A stretch of DNA of 42,449 bases from an uncultured Bordetella sp. (GTDB lineage Bacteria; Pseudomonadota; Gammaproteobacteria; Burkholderiales; Burkholderiaceae_C), in assembly GCA_964343725.1 (NCBI GenBank), contig CAYFLF010000001.1, positions 1-42,449 on the forward strand, in the 5' to 3' direction. Below the pieces are notes generated by a model. The model had not been told where the DNA came from, searched no databases, and was given only the letters and a program-made list of their open reading frames with translations. This document shows, one piece after another, positions 1 through 8,883 of this stretch. Positions within the stretch are counted from its first letter, which is position 1, and each line of letters starts with the position of its first letter. The translations under genes and the position numbers were made by a program.

Positions 1-719
1 GACAAACCGCCAAATAGCATCAATTGCAGCATGATTTTACGTATTCGGGGCGGATTAAGACGGTGTCGCAATTTAGACCCTGCAAAAACACCGATAAGGC
101 AAAAAGGAATAGCGATCAATACCAGTTGGTGTAATTGTTCGTCCTCCAATAGTCCCGAGGCACCAAATACAAACAAACGTACCAAAGCACTTAGCAAAAT
201 CACCACTGCCATGGTTGCACGTAACATTTCTGTCGCTTCAATACGACGCACCAGATAAATGAAATAGATCGGTCCACCAGTGCCAAAGGCTGCACCAAAC
301 ATTCCTCCCACCGTACCCGCTGGATAGACCCAGTATGAAGCAAGACGCTGGTGGCTTGCTTGGTTACCCCAAAGCCCCCAAACAGAGTTTGCTGTGACAA
401 ATAAACCAAGTGCCAACAACAAAAAATACGGTGGCAAATAATGCAACCCAGTGACACCAAACAACACGCCAAGCACCATAGGAGGCAATAAACGAAGTAA
501 CTCTCGACGATCCACCAACTGCCATTGTTTTGTACCAACAATGAGCGTTGCAAGCAAGTCGGTCAACAACACCATGGGGACTGCCGTCGTAAGAGGCAAG
601 ACATGAGACAGAAAAGGCACTGCCACTATCGCAGCACCAAATCCAGTTATGCCAAATACCAAATATGCACAAACAATCGTAAAAGCAATTAAGAAGGGTG
701 CGTAACTATCGAAAACCAC
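1..719 (-). CDS. TauE/SafE-family sulfite exporter (3' end runs off the window; absent from the ORF track)
   Basis: Manual translation from GTG at 719 (AGGTGA upstream): VVFDSYAPFLIAFTIVCAYLVFGITGFGAAIVAVPFL...AGTVGGMFGAAFGTGGPIY...; open to the window edge. Hydrophobic, with the repeated G-x-x-G-F/T-G-G motifs of TauE/SafE proteins. Confidence 0.85.
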   Translation of the reverse strand, partial: MVFDSYAPFLIAFTIVCAYLVFGITGFGAAIVAVPFLSHVLPLTTAVPMVLLTDLLATLIVGTKQWQLVDRRELLRLLPPMVLGVLFGVTGLHYLPPYFLLLALGLFVTANSVWGLWGNQASHQRLASYWVYPAGTVGGMFGAAFGTGGPIYFIYLVRRIEATEMLRATMAVVILLSALVRLFVFGASGLLEDEQLHQLVLIAIPFCLIGVFAGSKLRHRLNPPRIRKIMLQLMLFGGL

Positions 720-724
720 ATCAC

Positions 725-1648
725 CTACTTTTGTGCTTTCGCACGCTTGGTGGAGCCAGCGCGATTGCCAGCGCTTAACTCTTGCCCCGATACAGATGTA
801 AGCGATGCAAGCAGTGATTGAATAAGGTGCATTCTTGGACTGTTTCGGGGGTACAACACACCTAACCGGCGCTTGAGAGGTGGGTTACCAAATGGCGAGG
901 TAACCACCGAAGATGGAAATTCATTTTTGACACCGCGCGATGGCACAACTGAGGAACCCAATCCATTTGCCACCATGGCAATGACGCCTTCAAGTGTGTC
1001 GATTTCCATCATAGAACGCAGATTGATTTTTCTTTTTGTGATTTCTTGATGAATCAGGTTTCCGACAGATGCCGCACGGTTAAATCGCACATACGGAGTA
1101 CCTTCGAGGATTTCTTTATAAGTTTTAAGTCGCGTTGACTTGTGGGTGATGACCACCAAGGTTTCTTCAACAAAAGGAATAAACAGATGGTCATCGGGCA
1201 CCGTGTCGGGCTGGGTCAAGATGGCAGCATCTAGTTGCCGATGGAACATGGTTTTTTCTAGTTCATGCGTTAAACCAGTGGTCAACAAAATATCCATGGG
1301 CTGACCGCTGATTTGTAATTGCTTCAGTGCCAGAGGCAGTAGTCCTGACACACAAGTGTGAACTGCGCCTAACTTGATAAGTCCAGTTGTGTTTTCTCTT
1401 TTCAAGGCCTCATTCATGCTCTCCCAATGAGCAATGAGTTCTCTGGCGCGTTGGGTGAAATCAAGACCTGAGTCCGTGAGGACTGGTGGACGACGGCTGC
1501 GATCAAACAGCATCGTGCCCAAACTGTCTTCTAGTGCTCGCATTTGCATGCTCACTGCAGACAGAGAGACGCCCAGTGCATTAGCAGCCTCCGCAAAGCT
1601 GCCACGATCGGCAATGGCAATTAAGGTGTAGAGATTTTTAATGTCCAT
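725..1648 (-). CDS. LysR-family transcriptional regulator
   Basis: N-terminal HTH (GSFAEAANALGVSLSAVSMQMRALEDSLGTMLFDRSRR) plus LysR substrate-binding domain, 307 aa. Confidence 0.95.
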   Translation of the reverse strand: MDIKNLYTLIAIADRGSFAEAANALGVSLSAVSMQMRALEDSLGTMLFDRSRRPPVLTDSGLDFTQRARELIAHWESMNEALKRENTTGLIKLGAVHTCVSGLLPLALKQLQISGQPMDILLTTGLTHELEKTMFHRQLDAAILTQPDTVPDDHLFIPFVEETLVVITHKSTRLKTYKEILEGTPYVRFNRAASVGNLIHQEITKRKINLRSMMEIDTLEGVIAMVANGLGSSVVPSRGVKNEFPSSVVTSPFGNPPLKRRLGVLYPRNSPRMHLIQSLLASLTSVSGQELSAGNRAGSTKRAKAQK

Positions 1649-1664
1649 ACAACGTTAAAGAAAG

Positions 1665-2351
1665 CTACATCACCTCGTTTTTACGATCGTTGGTTTCACC
1701 GTATCGATGAAGCGCTGGGGGTTTGAGTCCAGCATAAAGTTTTTCGATACCCGCATTGATTTCTTCTCCGTGTTGGGCGAAAAGAGAGTTGCCTTCGATA
1801 TCGCTTTCCACAATGAAGGGGCCAAAATTTTTGACTTCAAACACCCACATGGCTTGGGCGATGCCTAGATCATCTAACCAATGCACCTCTTTGACCCGTT
1901 GAATGCCTCGCCCCAATAAAGCACCTGTTCCATATCCAACAGTAGTGAGGTAGATGGCACCATGCGGCGCAAGTACTTTTTTATAGTCTTCCGCTGGCAT
2001 GCCTCCCTTACCGATCAAAATGCGGCACCCAGTGGTTTCTAGCCAACGCGGAATCCATTTAGAAAATCGAAAACTTGCGGTTGCCGTCACTGCCCCTACA
2101 TTAAAACCACCCTTACCGTCTGGCGCTGCAGCAGGTGAACAATGGAAGTTGACGTTGCTTAACGTTTTCAGGTCAATTGGTAGCGCATGGCCTTCGTCAA
2201 GAACGCGCTTGTAGACACTTTCACGCGCGGTATAGACCAAGCCATTGAGATAGACCGCCGAGCCAAGCTCAAGTTGGGCAATGTCATGCGCACTTGCAGG
2301 CAGATCCACATGAAAAATCTTCATAGCGTCATCGGATTGTTGGGTCACCAT
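1665..2351 (-). CDS. Fe-S hydro-lyase beta subunit (class I fumarase / tartrate dehydratase beta-like), divergent
   Basis: LELGSAVYLNGLVYTARE, IGKGGM, AMWVFEVKNFGPFIV. ATG at 2351 overlaps the end of the alpha gene. Confidence 0.88.
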   Translation of the reverse strand: MVTQQSDDAMKIFHVDLPASAHDIAQLELGSAVYLNGLVYTARESVYKRVLDEGHALPIDLKTLSNVNFHCSPAAAPDGKGGFNVGAVTATASFRFSKWIPRWLETTGCRILIGKGGMPAEDYKKVLAPHGAIYLTTVGYGTGALLGRGIQRVKEVHWLDDLGIAQAMWVFEVKNFGPFIVESDIEGNSLFAQHGEEINAGIEKLYAGLKPPALHRYGETNDRKNEVM

Positions 2352-3280
2352 GCCACTGTCTCCCTTCTCATGTAAGGTGTGAACCATTGGGGATCGGTGC
2401 GGTACTCGATACGCCCATCGGAATGCACACGCGCACTAGCGCGCCGTGAGGACAAACAAAATGAATGAATACTCACTGGCATGCCACCAGTATGGGTATG
2501 TCCTACCTCAATATGACAGTCCACCACCATGGATGAGCCTACAAATCCCATGGCCCCCATACCAATCGAATTACCTAACTGCATCAGTTCGAGTTCAAGT
2601 TCAGCGATTGCGGGGTCGGTGTTGCGATCTCCTACAACGCGCAAGCACGCCGCTTGCTTACCCAATTGCATGCAGGTGTCCTTCGAACCTCCGATACCAA
2701 TGCCAACAATAGCGGGCTGGCAAGCAAGACCTCGCTTGCCAAATGCAATTAGGGTATCGAGCACAAAACGTTTGATGCCATCGATGCCATCTCCAGGAAA
2801 CAGCATGCGATAGTCAGTGCCGAACAAGCCACCTTTATGAACTGTCGTGATGTCAATCCAATCTGCATCTGGTTCAAACGACCATTCGACCTCAGGTGCA
2901 TTGATACCCACGTTGTTGTTGTTATCGGTACGCCACAAAGGATGTACACGGTTAGGGCGCAAAGGCACACTTTGGGTGGCATCCGCAGTGGCTTGACGCA
3001 AAGCACGCTCAACACCAACAAAGCCCTGCTCTACCGAGGCCTCGTTTCCAACCTTCACGTAATAGCGGGGTAAGCCAGTATCAGCGCACATAGGTCGACG
3101 GTCTTGGTCTGCGGCCTCCCAGTTTTCAACCATTGCATGGATAACAAAACGCGGCAACTTTCCAGTTTCAGTTTTTTGCAAAGCTTGAATGCCTTGCTTG
3201 TAATCAGCGGGTATCTCAATCGCCGCACGCTTCATGATCTCCAGCGAGGCTTCTTGAATACTTTGAATGGGTATCTTCAT
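2345..3280 (-). CDS. Fe-S hydro-lyase alpha subunit (class I fumarase / tartrate dehydratase alpha-like), divergent
   Basis: RPMCADTG, LRPN, ACQPAIVGIGIGG, GIGMGAMGFVG-like segment, FCLSSRR; three candidate [4Fe-4S] cysteines. Confidence 0.9.
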   Translation of the reverse strand: MKIPIQSIQEASLEIMKRAAIEIPADYKQGIQALQKTETGKLPRFVIHAMVENWEAADQDRRPMCADTGLPRYYVKVGNEASVEQGFVGVERALRQATADATQSVPLRPNRVHPLWRTDNNNNVGINAPEVEWSFEPDADWIDITTVHKGGLFGTDYRMLFPGDGIDGIKRFVLDTLIAFGKRGLACQPAIVGIGIGGSKDTCMQLGKQAACLRVVGDRNTDPAIAELELELMQLGNSIGMGAMGFVGSSMVVDCHIEVGHTHTGGMPVSIHSFCLSSRRASARVHSDGRIEYRTDPQWFTPYMRRETVAW

Positions 3281-3289
3281 GCGATTTCC

Positions 3290-5038
3290 TCAGGCAGGTT
3301 GAGCCACTTTGGGATTGGCCGATTCATCTAACAGCGATTCACCGGGACGAACAATGTCAAAAGAGACCGGCACCATCTCTAGGTTCAAAGATTGCACATC
3401 GCCATGGACGCGAGTGAAACAACTGCTTTCAAAATCCCCTGGCTCGGGAAAGTCTTCGCGGTAATGCGCACCACGGCTGTTTTCGCGGGCAAGTGCCGAT
3501 AAGGTAATAACTTGTGAGATATCCACCAGGCTTTGCAAATTGAGCCAGTCGTGCCAAGTCACGTTGTAACGTCGGTCGCCATCAGCTACACCCATCTGCA
3601 TCAGATCGTGGCGATGCTGCTGAATGGTTGCAAGGCCACGCTGCATAGAAGCTTGTTGACGCAGAACACCAACGTCGTCCCACATGGTGCTTGCCAAGCG
3701 GTCACGCAACTCATGCAATGGTCCTGCAGATTGGGAGAAAGGATATTCAGCCCGCGATACGCCTTGTGCAATAACAGTTTGATCAGGTTCACGCCAATGG
3801 GTTTGCGTAGCAACATATTTCGCCATCGTCTCACCAGCAATACCACCAAAAACAGTGGAGTTGGCAACACCGTTACCACCCAATCGATTAGCGCCATGCA
3901 CACCACCACAGTCTTCACCTGCTGCAAATAGCCCAGGCGATGCAGTAGCGCAATCGATATCAAATTCAACCCCACCCATGAGGTAATGCGCAGTGGGGAC
4001 CACCTCGACACGGCCACCCGCGAGGTCAAAGCCGCAGTCTTTACATCGGTTGACCATACCTGGAAAAGACTTGGCGACTTTTTCAGGTCCTAGGTGACTC
4101 ATCTGAATGTAGATACCACCCATTGGACCTGTGCGACCCGCTCGCATTTCAGCGTAAATGCCTCGAGACACCACATCTCGCGTAGCGCGTTCGCCGCGAG
4201 GATCGTAGTGGGTCATGAAGCGTTCGCCATTGCCGTTGATGAGGTACCCACCCGCTCCGCGCAATCCTTCTTCCAGCACGGTACCTGTCATCCGCGTATC
4301 GGGACCACCCAGTAAACCTGTGGGATGAAATTGCACCATCTCCATATCGCGCAACTTCAATCCGTAACGCAGGGCCATAGCCAAGCCATCACAAGTTTTA
4401 TCGCCTGATGGGGTATGGTATTTGTACATGGTAGGACCCGCACCAGTGGCTAGCAACACCGCTTTGGCTTGCACCATCCGATAGTGACCGGTTCGCATAT
4501 CAATGAACAACACACCAGCAATGCCTGAACCGTCGCGCGCGGGGATCAACTCAATGGCACGGTGCTCTTCCATTTCTTCTACATCGAGCGCCCTCACCTG
4601 CTCCATCAATCGGTTGATGATTTCGATGCCGGTTAAGTCGGCTTTGTGAACTGTGCGGTCAAAACTCTGTCCTGCAAAAGCTTTTTGATGCAAGGTGCCA
4701 TCTGGATTACGGTCAAAAAAACAACCCATTTCGTTTTCGAGTTCACGCACCCGCTCCACGGCTCCCTCTACCAAACGCCACGCTAAGTCCTGACGAGGAA
4801 GCCACTTGCCACCCTCAATCGTGTCCATAAAGTGGCGTTCAAGAGAATCTCCCGAGGATAGGGCGACGTTGTAACCACCTTGCACCATGCGTGTACAACC
4901 ACACTTACCAAGCAAGCCCTTGACTGTGACGCTGACCTTTAATGCAGGGTTGGCCTTTTTCGCATGAAGGGCTGCAAATAAACCTGCACCACCGGTACCC
5001 AAAATCAAAATATCAGTTTTGTGTGTATCGATGTTCAT
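3290..5038 (-). CDS. Succinate dehydrogenase/fumarate reductase-family flavoprotein (SdhA paralogue)
   Basis: GTGGAG FAD loop, QGG, QFHPT, RDVVSR, PTAHYLMGG, GVHGANRLGGN, SRGAHYRED. ATGA overlap at 5035-5038. Confidence 0.92.
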   Translation of the reverse strand: MNIDTHKTDILILGTGGAGLFAALHAKKANPALKVSVTVKGLLGKCGCTRMVQGGYNVALSSGDSLERHFMDTIEGGKWLPRQDLAWRLVEGAVERVRELENEMGCFFDRNPDGTLHQKAFAGQSFDRTVHKADLTGIEIINRLMEQVRALDVEEMEEHRAIELIPARDGSGIAGVLFIDMRTGHYRMVQAKAVLLATGAGPTMYKYHTPSGDKTCDGLAMALRYGLKLRDMEMVQFHPTGLLGGPDTRMTGTVLEEGLRGAGGYLINGNGERFMTHYDPRGERATRDVVSRGIYAEMRAGRTGPMGGIYIQMSHLGPEKVAKSFPGMVNRCKDCGFDLAGGRVEVVPTAHYLMGGVEFDIDCATASPGLFAAGEDCGGVHGANRLGGNGVANSTVFGGIAGETMAKYVATQTHWREPDQTVIAQGVSRAEYPFSQSAGPLHELRDRLASTMWDDVGVLRQQASMQRGLATIQQHRHDLMQMGVADGDRRYNVTWHDWLNLQSLVDISQVITLSALARENSRGAHYREDFPEPGDFESSCFTRVHGDVQSLNLEMVPVSFDIVRPGESLLDESANPKVAQPA

Positions 5039-5385
5039 CCCGCTACTCCCCATACAAACAACAACCCAAAAAGCAATGACACCAGCACACCTGAGCTAAT
5101 CCAAGATAAGCGCGCTTCACGCACACTCGGCCATGTCAAAAGCTCGAGCGCCAGCAAACGCACACCAAAACTCAGATGAATAGACAGCAAAATCACGAGA
5201 CCCCATTCGCCAAGTTTGAAGACACGCATGTCTGCCAATCGAATCAATTGGTCAAATCGCCCGACATCTTCTAAGGCAGTGCCCAACACATAAAAATGAA
5301 TAGGCAGAAAAAGCCCAAGTAATAAGCCAGATATTCGGTGGCCTAAAAAAGCCCAGTAGGCTGGGTGGTTACGCGAAGATTTCAT
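5035..5385 (-). CDS. SdhC-like cytochrome b membrane anchor
   Basis: From ATG 5385 (ATGA overlap): HRISG motif, three hydrophobic helices, SIHLSFGVR candidate heme His. Confidence 0.85.
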   Translation of the reverse strand: MKSSRNHPAYWAFLGHRISGLLLGLFLPIHFYVLGTALEDVGRFDQLIRLADMRVFKLGEWGLVILLSIHLSFGVRLLALELLTWPSVREARLSWISSGVLVSLLFGLLFVWGVAG

Positions 5386-5717
5386 GCGAGCAAACCCCCT
5401 ACAGCCACCACCGCGCGCAGTCCCATCCCTAACAGCAGCACACCTACAAAAACGGAAAAAGAATCTACCCATTTGCGACCAAGCGCCAACCACTCCGACA
5501 TGATGTTGCGCAAACCAATGGGCACATGCACACTCACGCACAGGACAAACAAGGTGTAAAAACCCATCCAACCCCAATGCCCTTGGGTGCGGGCCAAGAT
5601 CTCAGCAGCGGTGAGTCCATCACGAACGGCATACACAATGAGACCCAAGTGCACCAAGACCAAGGGCGCCATGATCAGCGCCGTCAAGCGTTGCAATACA
5701 AACAAATAGTGCGTCAT
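5382..5717 (-). CDS. SdhD-like membrane anchor
   Basis: From ATG 5717: LQRLTA motif, three TM helices, SVHVPIGLRNI candidate heme His. Confidence 0.82.
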   Translation of the reverse strand: MTHYLFVLQRLTALIMAPLVLVHLGLIVYAVRDGLTAAEILARTQGHWGWMGFYTLFVLCVSVHVPIGLRNIMSEWLALGRKWVDSFSVFVGVLLLGMGLRAVVAVGGLLA

Positions 5718-5718
5718 C

Positions 5719-6459
5719 TCAGTCCAACTTGAAGAACGACAACAGGCCACTTTTTTTCAAGCCTGCAATGCTGCCCGTCGGACTCAGGTTCACAGGGCAA
5801 TGCGTCATACAACTGCCTTGGCTATGGCAAACATGCGTTCCACCATCTGCATTGGCTTGCTTTAATACGTGTTGCGGGTTGGCGTGGCGTTCGTCGTTGT
5901 AGAGCGTCCAAGCTCGGTTGAGCGCTGCGGGGCCTAAGTAATCTTTGTTCCATGACACCACGTCACACGCGGCGTAACACACGCCACAGTTGATGCACTC
6001 AATCGCAGCATTGGCCATCTTTCTTTTTTTACTGTCGGGTGAGATGGCAGCAGGTGGGTCATGCCGTGTGGTGGTACCAACAAAGGTGTTACCTGCTTTT
6101 TTCCACTTATCAAAAAACTCGGTCATGCTCACAACCAAGTCTTTGATGCGCGGCATATTACGCAGAGGTTCAATGGTGATGCTGCCACCATCTTCGACCA
6201 CACTGACATGGGTGCGGCAAGTCCAACGCGGTTTGCCATTGACATTCATAGCGCAGGAACCGCAAACGCCCACTCGACATGCAAAGCGGTACGACAAGGT
6301 GGGGTCTTGGGTGCGCTGAATTTCAGTGACCACATCCAGCACGGTTTGGTTCTCACGCCACGGGATGTGGTAGGTAACCATTTCACCTGCGCCATCGCCA
6401 GCACCACGATTAATTTTTACCTTGAGCGTACGTTGAGTGGTAATGCTGGGTGTTTCCAT
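5719..6459 (-). CDS. SdhB-like iron-sulfur subunit
   Basis: CRVGVCGSC...C ([2Fe-2S]), CINCGVCYAAC ([4Fe-4S]), CHSQGSCMTHCP ([3Fe-4S] type). Confidence 0.93.
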   Translation of the reverse strand: METPSITTQRTLKVKINRGAGDGAGEMVTYHIPWRENQTVLDVVTEIQRTQDPTLSYRFACRVGVCGSCAMNVNGKPRWTCRTHVSVVEDGGSITIEPLRNMPRIKDLVVSMTEFFDKWKKAGNTFVGTTTRHDPPAAISPDSKKRKMANAAIECINCGVCYAACDVVSWNKDYLGPAALNRAWTLYNDERHANPQHVLKQANADGGTHVCHSQGSCMTHCPVNLSPTGSIAGLKKSGLLSFFKLD

Positions 6460-6555
6460 CGGTTGACCTCATTTTTGCGAGAGCATGTCCGCAGTTTCTG
6501 CTTGCAAAAGCACTTTGCGTCATCTCACCCGACAATTTTATAAAATCAAAATAAC

Positions 6556-6582
6556 AAAATCAAGATATTTTTAATTGATTTT
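6556..6582. promoter_or_regulatory. AT-rich inverted repeat upstream of the sdhB-like gene; candidate regulator (LysR) site
   Basis: AAAATCAA-N11-TTGATTTT, with an extra AAAATCAA copy at 6542-6549. Confidence 0.4.
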
Positions 6583-6602
6583 TATTGAATATAAGGTAAA
6601 CC

Positions 6603-7610
6603 CTAGCGCGCTAAACCTAGCAACAACACGCAGACCAAGACAAAAGCACCAAGGAAGACGGTTTCGGCAACAAAAAGTAACACCGGCTGCCATCCCATTT
6701 TCAAAATTTCCTCAATGCTGGTTTTGATACCCGCAGCCGCAATTGCCACTACCAAACAGATACGCGACAAGTTTGTAGTCCATTGCACCAGTTCCGCAGG
6801 CAAAGGCAAGGAGGTGGCTAGCAACATCAACACTAAAAAAGCCAACAGGAAACCAGGAATCAAGGGCATGGTGACGTCTTGCTCGTCAAAGGCTCTTTGG
6901 TGCTGGTACATAAAAGAAATCACCATCACCACCGGCACCAACAACATGACCCGAAACAACTTGACCACGGTAGCCACATCACCCGCCTGGGGCCCGATGA
7001 TCATGCCAGCAGCAACCACCTGAGCCACATCATGAATGGACCCACCGATAAATACGCCTGCAGGTCCTTGCGCGATCTCCAACCACTGAATCAATAAAGG
7101 ATGGGTCACCATGGTGATCGTCGACAACACGGTGACAGAGACCACCGCCAATAGGGTGAAGCGTTGATTTTCTTTGGTCTGGGGCAAGACGGCGGAAATA
7201 GCCAAGGCAGCTGAGACACCGCAAATAGCCACCGACCCGCCAGAGAGCAAACCTTCATCCTTGGTACGCCCCATGGATTTCGCCAGCCAAACGCCACCCA
7301 AGATGGTCAGACACAGCCCCAAAAACACCACGACCGCGACCAATGGCCCAAGTTGCACAACTTGACCAAAAGTAATGCGCGCGCCCATCAAAGCGACACC
7401 CAATCGCAACACGGTTCGGCCACACAAATCTACCCCCGGCTTGACCTGAGGGTTGCTGTTGAGAAAGTGAAACGCCAATCCCAACAAAAGCGCATAGAGC
7501 AACAAAGGACCACCAAAGTGTTGCGATAAAAAGGTGGCCGCTAATGCGATCACGCTACACACCAACACACCAGGTAATAAGCGTTGCACCGAGTGCCAAA
7601 CGTCCATCAA
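6603..7610 (-). CDS. YeiH / putative sulfate exporter (PSE) family membrane protein
   Basis: LRLGVALMG, GGSVAICGVSAALA, GGSIHDVAQVVAAG, VKLFRV motifs; about 10 TM segments. Confidence 0.9.
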   Translation of the reverse strand: MMDVWHSVQRLLPGVLVCSVIALAATFLSQHFGGPLLLYALLLGLAFHFLNSNPQVKPGVDLCGRTVLRLGVALMGARITFGQVVQLGPLVAVVVFLGLCLTILGGVWLAKSMGRTKDEGLLSGGSVAICGVSAALAISAVLPQTKENQRFTLLAVVSVTVLSTITMVTHPLLIQWLEIAQGPAGVFIGGSIHDVAQVVAAGMIIGPQAGDVATVVKLFRVMLLVPVVMVISFMYQHQRAFDEQDVTMPLIPGFLLAFLVLMLLATSLPLPAELVQWTTNLSRICLVVAIAAAGIKTSIEEILKMGWQPVLLFVAETVFLGAFVLVCVLLLGLAR

Positions 7611-7685
7611 GCGACACCTGCCAAATCTACAAGGCCTGTGTCGCCAATTCCGTGGCGCATCGCAAACACAGTTGTGGTAAAGCGA

Positions 7686-8861
7686 TTAGGCAGATTCAAA
7701 CAGACGGGTCAACACAAACTCGTTATGACCCAATGCCTCGGCTGCCGTGAGGCGACCATTGACGGTGCGCATCATCATCTCCAACAACTGGTCTCCGGTT
7801 TGGTCCATGGTGCGCTCGCGCTGGAGTAAACCTGAGCAGTCCACATCCACGTGTTCGCTCATGGTGCGCACGGTACGTGGGTTGGCGCAAATTTTGATCA
7901 CGGGCACGATGGCATTTCCAATCACATTACCTTGACCTGTCGGGAAAAAATGCACCACAAAACCAGAAGCCGCACACAAGGTGACCATTTCAGCTGCCGC
8001 AGAAGATGAGTCCATGAACCACAGGCCTGGGTGGGTTGGTACTTCTGCTTTATCGAGCACCCCATCGACGGTGCACTTACGGCCAATTTTCTGAATATTC
8101 CCCAGCGCCTTTTCTTCGATGGTGGTCAAGCCGCCCGCGATATTGCCCTTGGTGGGTTGGGAGTCAGACAAGTCGGTGGTTTTGTGGCGATTGATCATGT
8201 CTTGGTAGCGGTTGAACATGAACATAAAGCGCTCGCGCACGGCGTCATTGGCACAGCGAGCTGCGACGATGCTCTCGCCTCCCGTGAGTTCAGAGGTTTC
8301 GCCAAAAACCAGGGTGGTGCCCAAGCCATGCAACTTATCAAATGCGTCGCCTACCGTGGGATTGGCACCGCAACCGCTGGTGGTATCAGATTCACCACAT
8401 TTGGTAGAGACCCATAAATCACTGATGGGGCACTCCACCCGTTGTTTTTCACTGGCCCATTGCACATATTCTTTTGCGACTTGCGAGGCCTTCATGATGG
8501 TCTGGTGATCGCCATGGCCTTCAATGCCAAAGCCTGTCACGGGCTTGCCGGTTTTGGCGATGCCGTCTACAACTTTTTTGGTCCAACCGTCTTCAATGCC
8601 GATCACCACCACTGCGGCGACATTGGGGTTGCTACCCGCGCCGATCAACGTGGCAAAGTGCAAATCCAAGTCGGCGCCAAACTGCAAGCGACCGTAGGGA
8701 TGCGGGATCGCCATCGCTCCTTTGATGTTGTGGGCCACGGCTTCAGCTGCGGCGTTGGATAAATCATCGAGCGGCAAGATAACGACGTGGTTACGCACGC
8801 CAACGCGTCCGTTTTCGCGACGGTAGCCCCAAAAGGTGGAATTTTTTGTAAGTATTGACAT
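7686..8861 (-). CDS. suyB: (2R)-sulfolactate sulfo-lyase beta subunit (UxaA family)
   Basis: [53 protein letters not shown]. Split from the SAF subunit and located in an hps cluster. Confidence 0.9.
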   Translation of the reverse strand: MSILTKNSTFWGYRRENGRVGVRNHVVILPLDDLSNAAAEAVAHNIKGAMAIPHPYGRLQFGADLDLHFATLIGAGSNPNVAAVVVIGIEDGWTKKVVDGIAKTGKPVTGFGIEGHGDHQTIMKASQVAKEYVQWASEKQRVECPISDLWVSTKCGESDTTSGCGANPTVGDAFDKLHGLGTTLVFGETSELTGGESIVAARCANDAVRERFMFMFNRYQDMINRHKTTDLSDSQPTKGNIAGGLTTIEEKALGNIQKIGRKCTVDGVLDKAEVPTHPGLWFMDSSSAAAEMVTLCAASGFVVHFFPTGQGNVIGNAIVPVIKICANPRTVRTMSEHVDVDCSGLLQRERTMDQTGDQLLEMMMRTVNGRLTAAEALGHNEFVLTRLFESA

Positions 8862-8883
8862 ATTGAATCCTTAAACGGCTTGC

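Noticed and set aside
31..672. ORF-track entries 31-258, 200-553 and 364-672
   Set aside because: Shadow frames of the TauE gene, which the track missed because it has no stop inside the window.
5386..5577. Cys-rich N-terminal extension of the SdhC-like ORF (similar extensions at 5750, 10267, 14813, 38734, 40256, 40860)
   Set aside because: They overlap upstream genes; downstream starts with RBS or stop-start coupling are more plausible.
3290..6459. Housekeeping sdhCDAB, or L-aspartate oxidase nadB
   Set aside because: Gene order is B-D-C-A, the flavinylation His is missing and there are no TCA neighbours. NadB has no Fe-S or membrane subunits, and no nadA/nadC is present.
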